Source: Octopus sinensis (taxonomy: Eukaryota). Taken from it: a DNA stretch of 10,038 nucleotides. Under the pieces are notes generated by a model. That model saw only the letters and a list, made by a program, of their open reading frames with translations. It searched no databases and was not told the origin of the DNA. Numbering within the stretch: position 1 is the stretch's first letter; each line of letters starts with the position of its first letter. Positions 8,126-10,038 of this stretch are shown one piece after another. Position numbers and translations under genes: made by a program. The stretch spans positions 1-10,038 of the forward strand of contig NW_021827636.1 in NCBI RefSeq assembly GCF_006345805.1. Direction: 5' to 3'.

Positions 8126-8694
8126 GTGTTCCATCGTCTCTATGCATCGAACTCTTTATATTCTGTATCGCTACCAAGTCAGCCAGGTGTCTAGTCCGTA
8201 TCTAATCCGTGGTGTACAGTTTTATCGTCTCCATCATAACTATTCACTGAATACGAATGGAGTACACAACTAAAAATGCACAAGCGAATATAATTTGAAG
8301 AGGTTGTTGGAGACCATTGACAAACCATTGACAAGTAGTTCTGGAATGACTGTTCCCAGTTCCCAGAACTACGCCATTTTTTTTATATGATCCAGTTTCC
8401 TTTATTGGGATAAAGGAAAATATTTCGTTGCTATTTCCTAACTGGAAATGATTAATTTAGATTGAAGGTTCCAATAAAGAGTTATCCACTTGGCATTATT
8501 CTATGCCATTAATTACTGGAAGAAGTTGTTGGAAACTACCGACAAACTATTGACGAGTAGAAACAGGCTATTAACAGCAGCAGTAGCAGTAGCAGCAGCA
8601 GCAGCAGGAGTAAGAACAAACGTAACAATAACAACAAAACTAACAACAACAATAGTAATAGCTATAAAAAGAGCCACGAGAACAAATTATTTCA

Positions 8695-8892
8695 ATGGCC
8701 ACAATTTTGAGGGGAGGGGCCTGATGATTTCATCAATCCACTGCTTGACAGATACATTTTTTTTTCTTTTTTTTTTAATCGATCCTGAAAGGCTGAAAGT
8801 TGACATCGACGGGATTTGAACTCGAATATAAAGAGCTGGAAGAAACGGCGCTAAGCATTTTATTTTGTCCGATGCGCAAACGATTCGGCTAA
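8695..8892 (-). mobile_element. SINE B, old diverged copy
   Basis: ATCGATCCTGAAAGGCTGAAAG, GATTTGAACTC, GCTAAGCATTT and AACGATTC occur in family order. Bordered by (GCA)/(ACA) repeats. Confidence 0.8.
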
Positions 8893-9049
8893 CATATTAA
8901 CAACAACAACAACAACAACAAGTCAAAACAATAACAATGACAACAACAACACTGTAATTAAGGTATCATGTGACTGAAAACGGAGCTATTAATGTCTTGT
9001 GCATTTTATTATTTTTTTTTGTGTTGTTTTTGTTTTGTTTTTTCTCCAG

Positions 9050-9099
9050 CCAAATCTGAAGATATCGATTACAAGCGAGAGACGTATAGAATGGTATAG
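9050..9099 (+). CDS. Candidate short exon (xKSEDIDYKRETYRMV*) of an unidentified gene
   Basis: A ~45-nt T-rich tract ends TTTCTCCAG at 9049. An open frame follows, to TAG at 9097-9099 or to a possible donor ATG|GTATAG at 9094. No homology recognised. Confidence 0.35.
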
Positions 9100-9261
9100 A
9101 TATCCGATATATAAATCTATATAGACTTCACTGGTTCATAATCTGACCATGCTAACAGCCAAGGAGTAGCTTTCACTTGGATGGTATCCGATCGCATTTA
9201 CCGTTTTAGTTTCCATGCGATATCGTGGCTTATCACCGGACAATATTTATAATCATCAATA

Positions 9262-9424
9262 GGCGCAGGAGGGGTTGGGTGGTAAGAAGCTTGCTTGCCA
9301 ACCACATGGTTCCGGATTCAGTCCTACTACGTGGCATATTGGGCAAGTGTCTTCTACAATAGCCTCGAGTGCCTACCAAAGCCTTGTGAGTTGATTTGGT
9401 AGACGGAAACTGAAAGAAACCCGT

Positions 9425-9462
<38 letters not shown>

Positions 9463-9510
9463 TCGACTTGTGTGTCTCTGTGTGTATCTGTGTGTGTGTC
9501 TGTGTGTTTA
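9262..9510 (+). mobile_element. SINE family A, copy A4 (3' half missing or degraded)
   Basis: GGCGCAGGAGGGGTTGGGTGGTAAG...GATTTGGTAGACGGAAACTGAAAGAA, then (TA)n(TG)n. Similarity to A2 is lost afterwards. Confidence 0.9.
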
Positions 9511-10006
9511 ACTTCCCGGCACATCTCGTCCTAGCCAACAAATCGTAGAACCACCAGAAATGGGTCACTTAAAGTTTAGGCGAATGAAAATTGAACTGCA
9601 CTATTTCTGTTCCGAAATTCATCTTGCAAGTGCAAAAATCGATAATGTGTTTGTTTAGGCCTTATCCCATGCATTGAATAGTGAACTTTACTCAGTCAGC
9701 TGTTTGACGTGAACTGTGTTCACCAGGCGTGCAAGCATGCGTAAATTGCATGAAAAATAAAAAATCAAGATATAAAAACGAATCGCCGTAAACATTGTAG
9801 AAATTCGGCAAAGAAATGAATTTTCGGGATGTAGCTTGGAGGGTTTTTTCGTATTAATCGTTTAGACTTTGTGAACACATACCAATTGTTTTCATAACAT
9901 TTTTAACGCTTTGAATTAAATGTGACCATTTTGCGTTGTGTCTGCAGTTTGAATCACTTTAACCAAATTTTAGCAGGCCGGATTTTTGATCATCACGATA
10001 CATCGC

Positions 10007-10038
10007 CAGACGAAATACCGCTAAGCATTTCGCCCGAC
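10007..10038 (-). mobile_element. SINE B fragment running off the window edge
   Basis: CAGACGAAATACCGCTAAGCATTTCGCCCG matches 7930-7958. Confidence 0.85.

Noticed and set aside
8490-8819. 109-aa ORF with poly-Ala
   Set aside because: Non-ATG start; built from (GCA)/(ACA) repeats and an antisense SINE B.
9709-9723. GTGAAC-TGT-GTTCAC palindrome
   Set aside because: 6-bp arms are expected by chance in 10 kb, and nothing else supports it.

Overview
AT-rich, microsatellite-dense eukaryotic DNA, intronic or intergenic. The SINE families suggest an octopus or other coleoid cephalopod; this is inferred from recalled repeat families. There is no complete gene, and nearly all listed ORFs are microsatellite or SINE artefacts. 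Main content: (1) a (TTA/TAA)n array at ~600-2750 holding same-orientation 5'-truncated R4/Dong-type non-LTR retrotransposon 3' ends, three with protein evidence plus one candidate UTR-only fragment; (2) a ~350-bp insert in that array carrying a minimal type I hammerhead-ribozyme fold like those of Penelope-like elements; (3) a probable L1/Tx1-like 3' end; (4) two tRNA-derived SINE families, A (4 copies) and B (8 loci, two of them dimers with an identical junction and target-site duplications); (5) a diverged ~65-bp tandem repeat split by a SINE; (6) a candidate short + strand exon at 9050.
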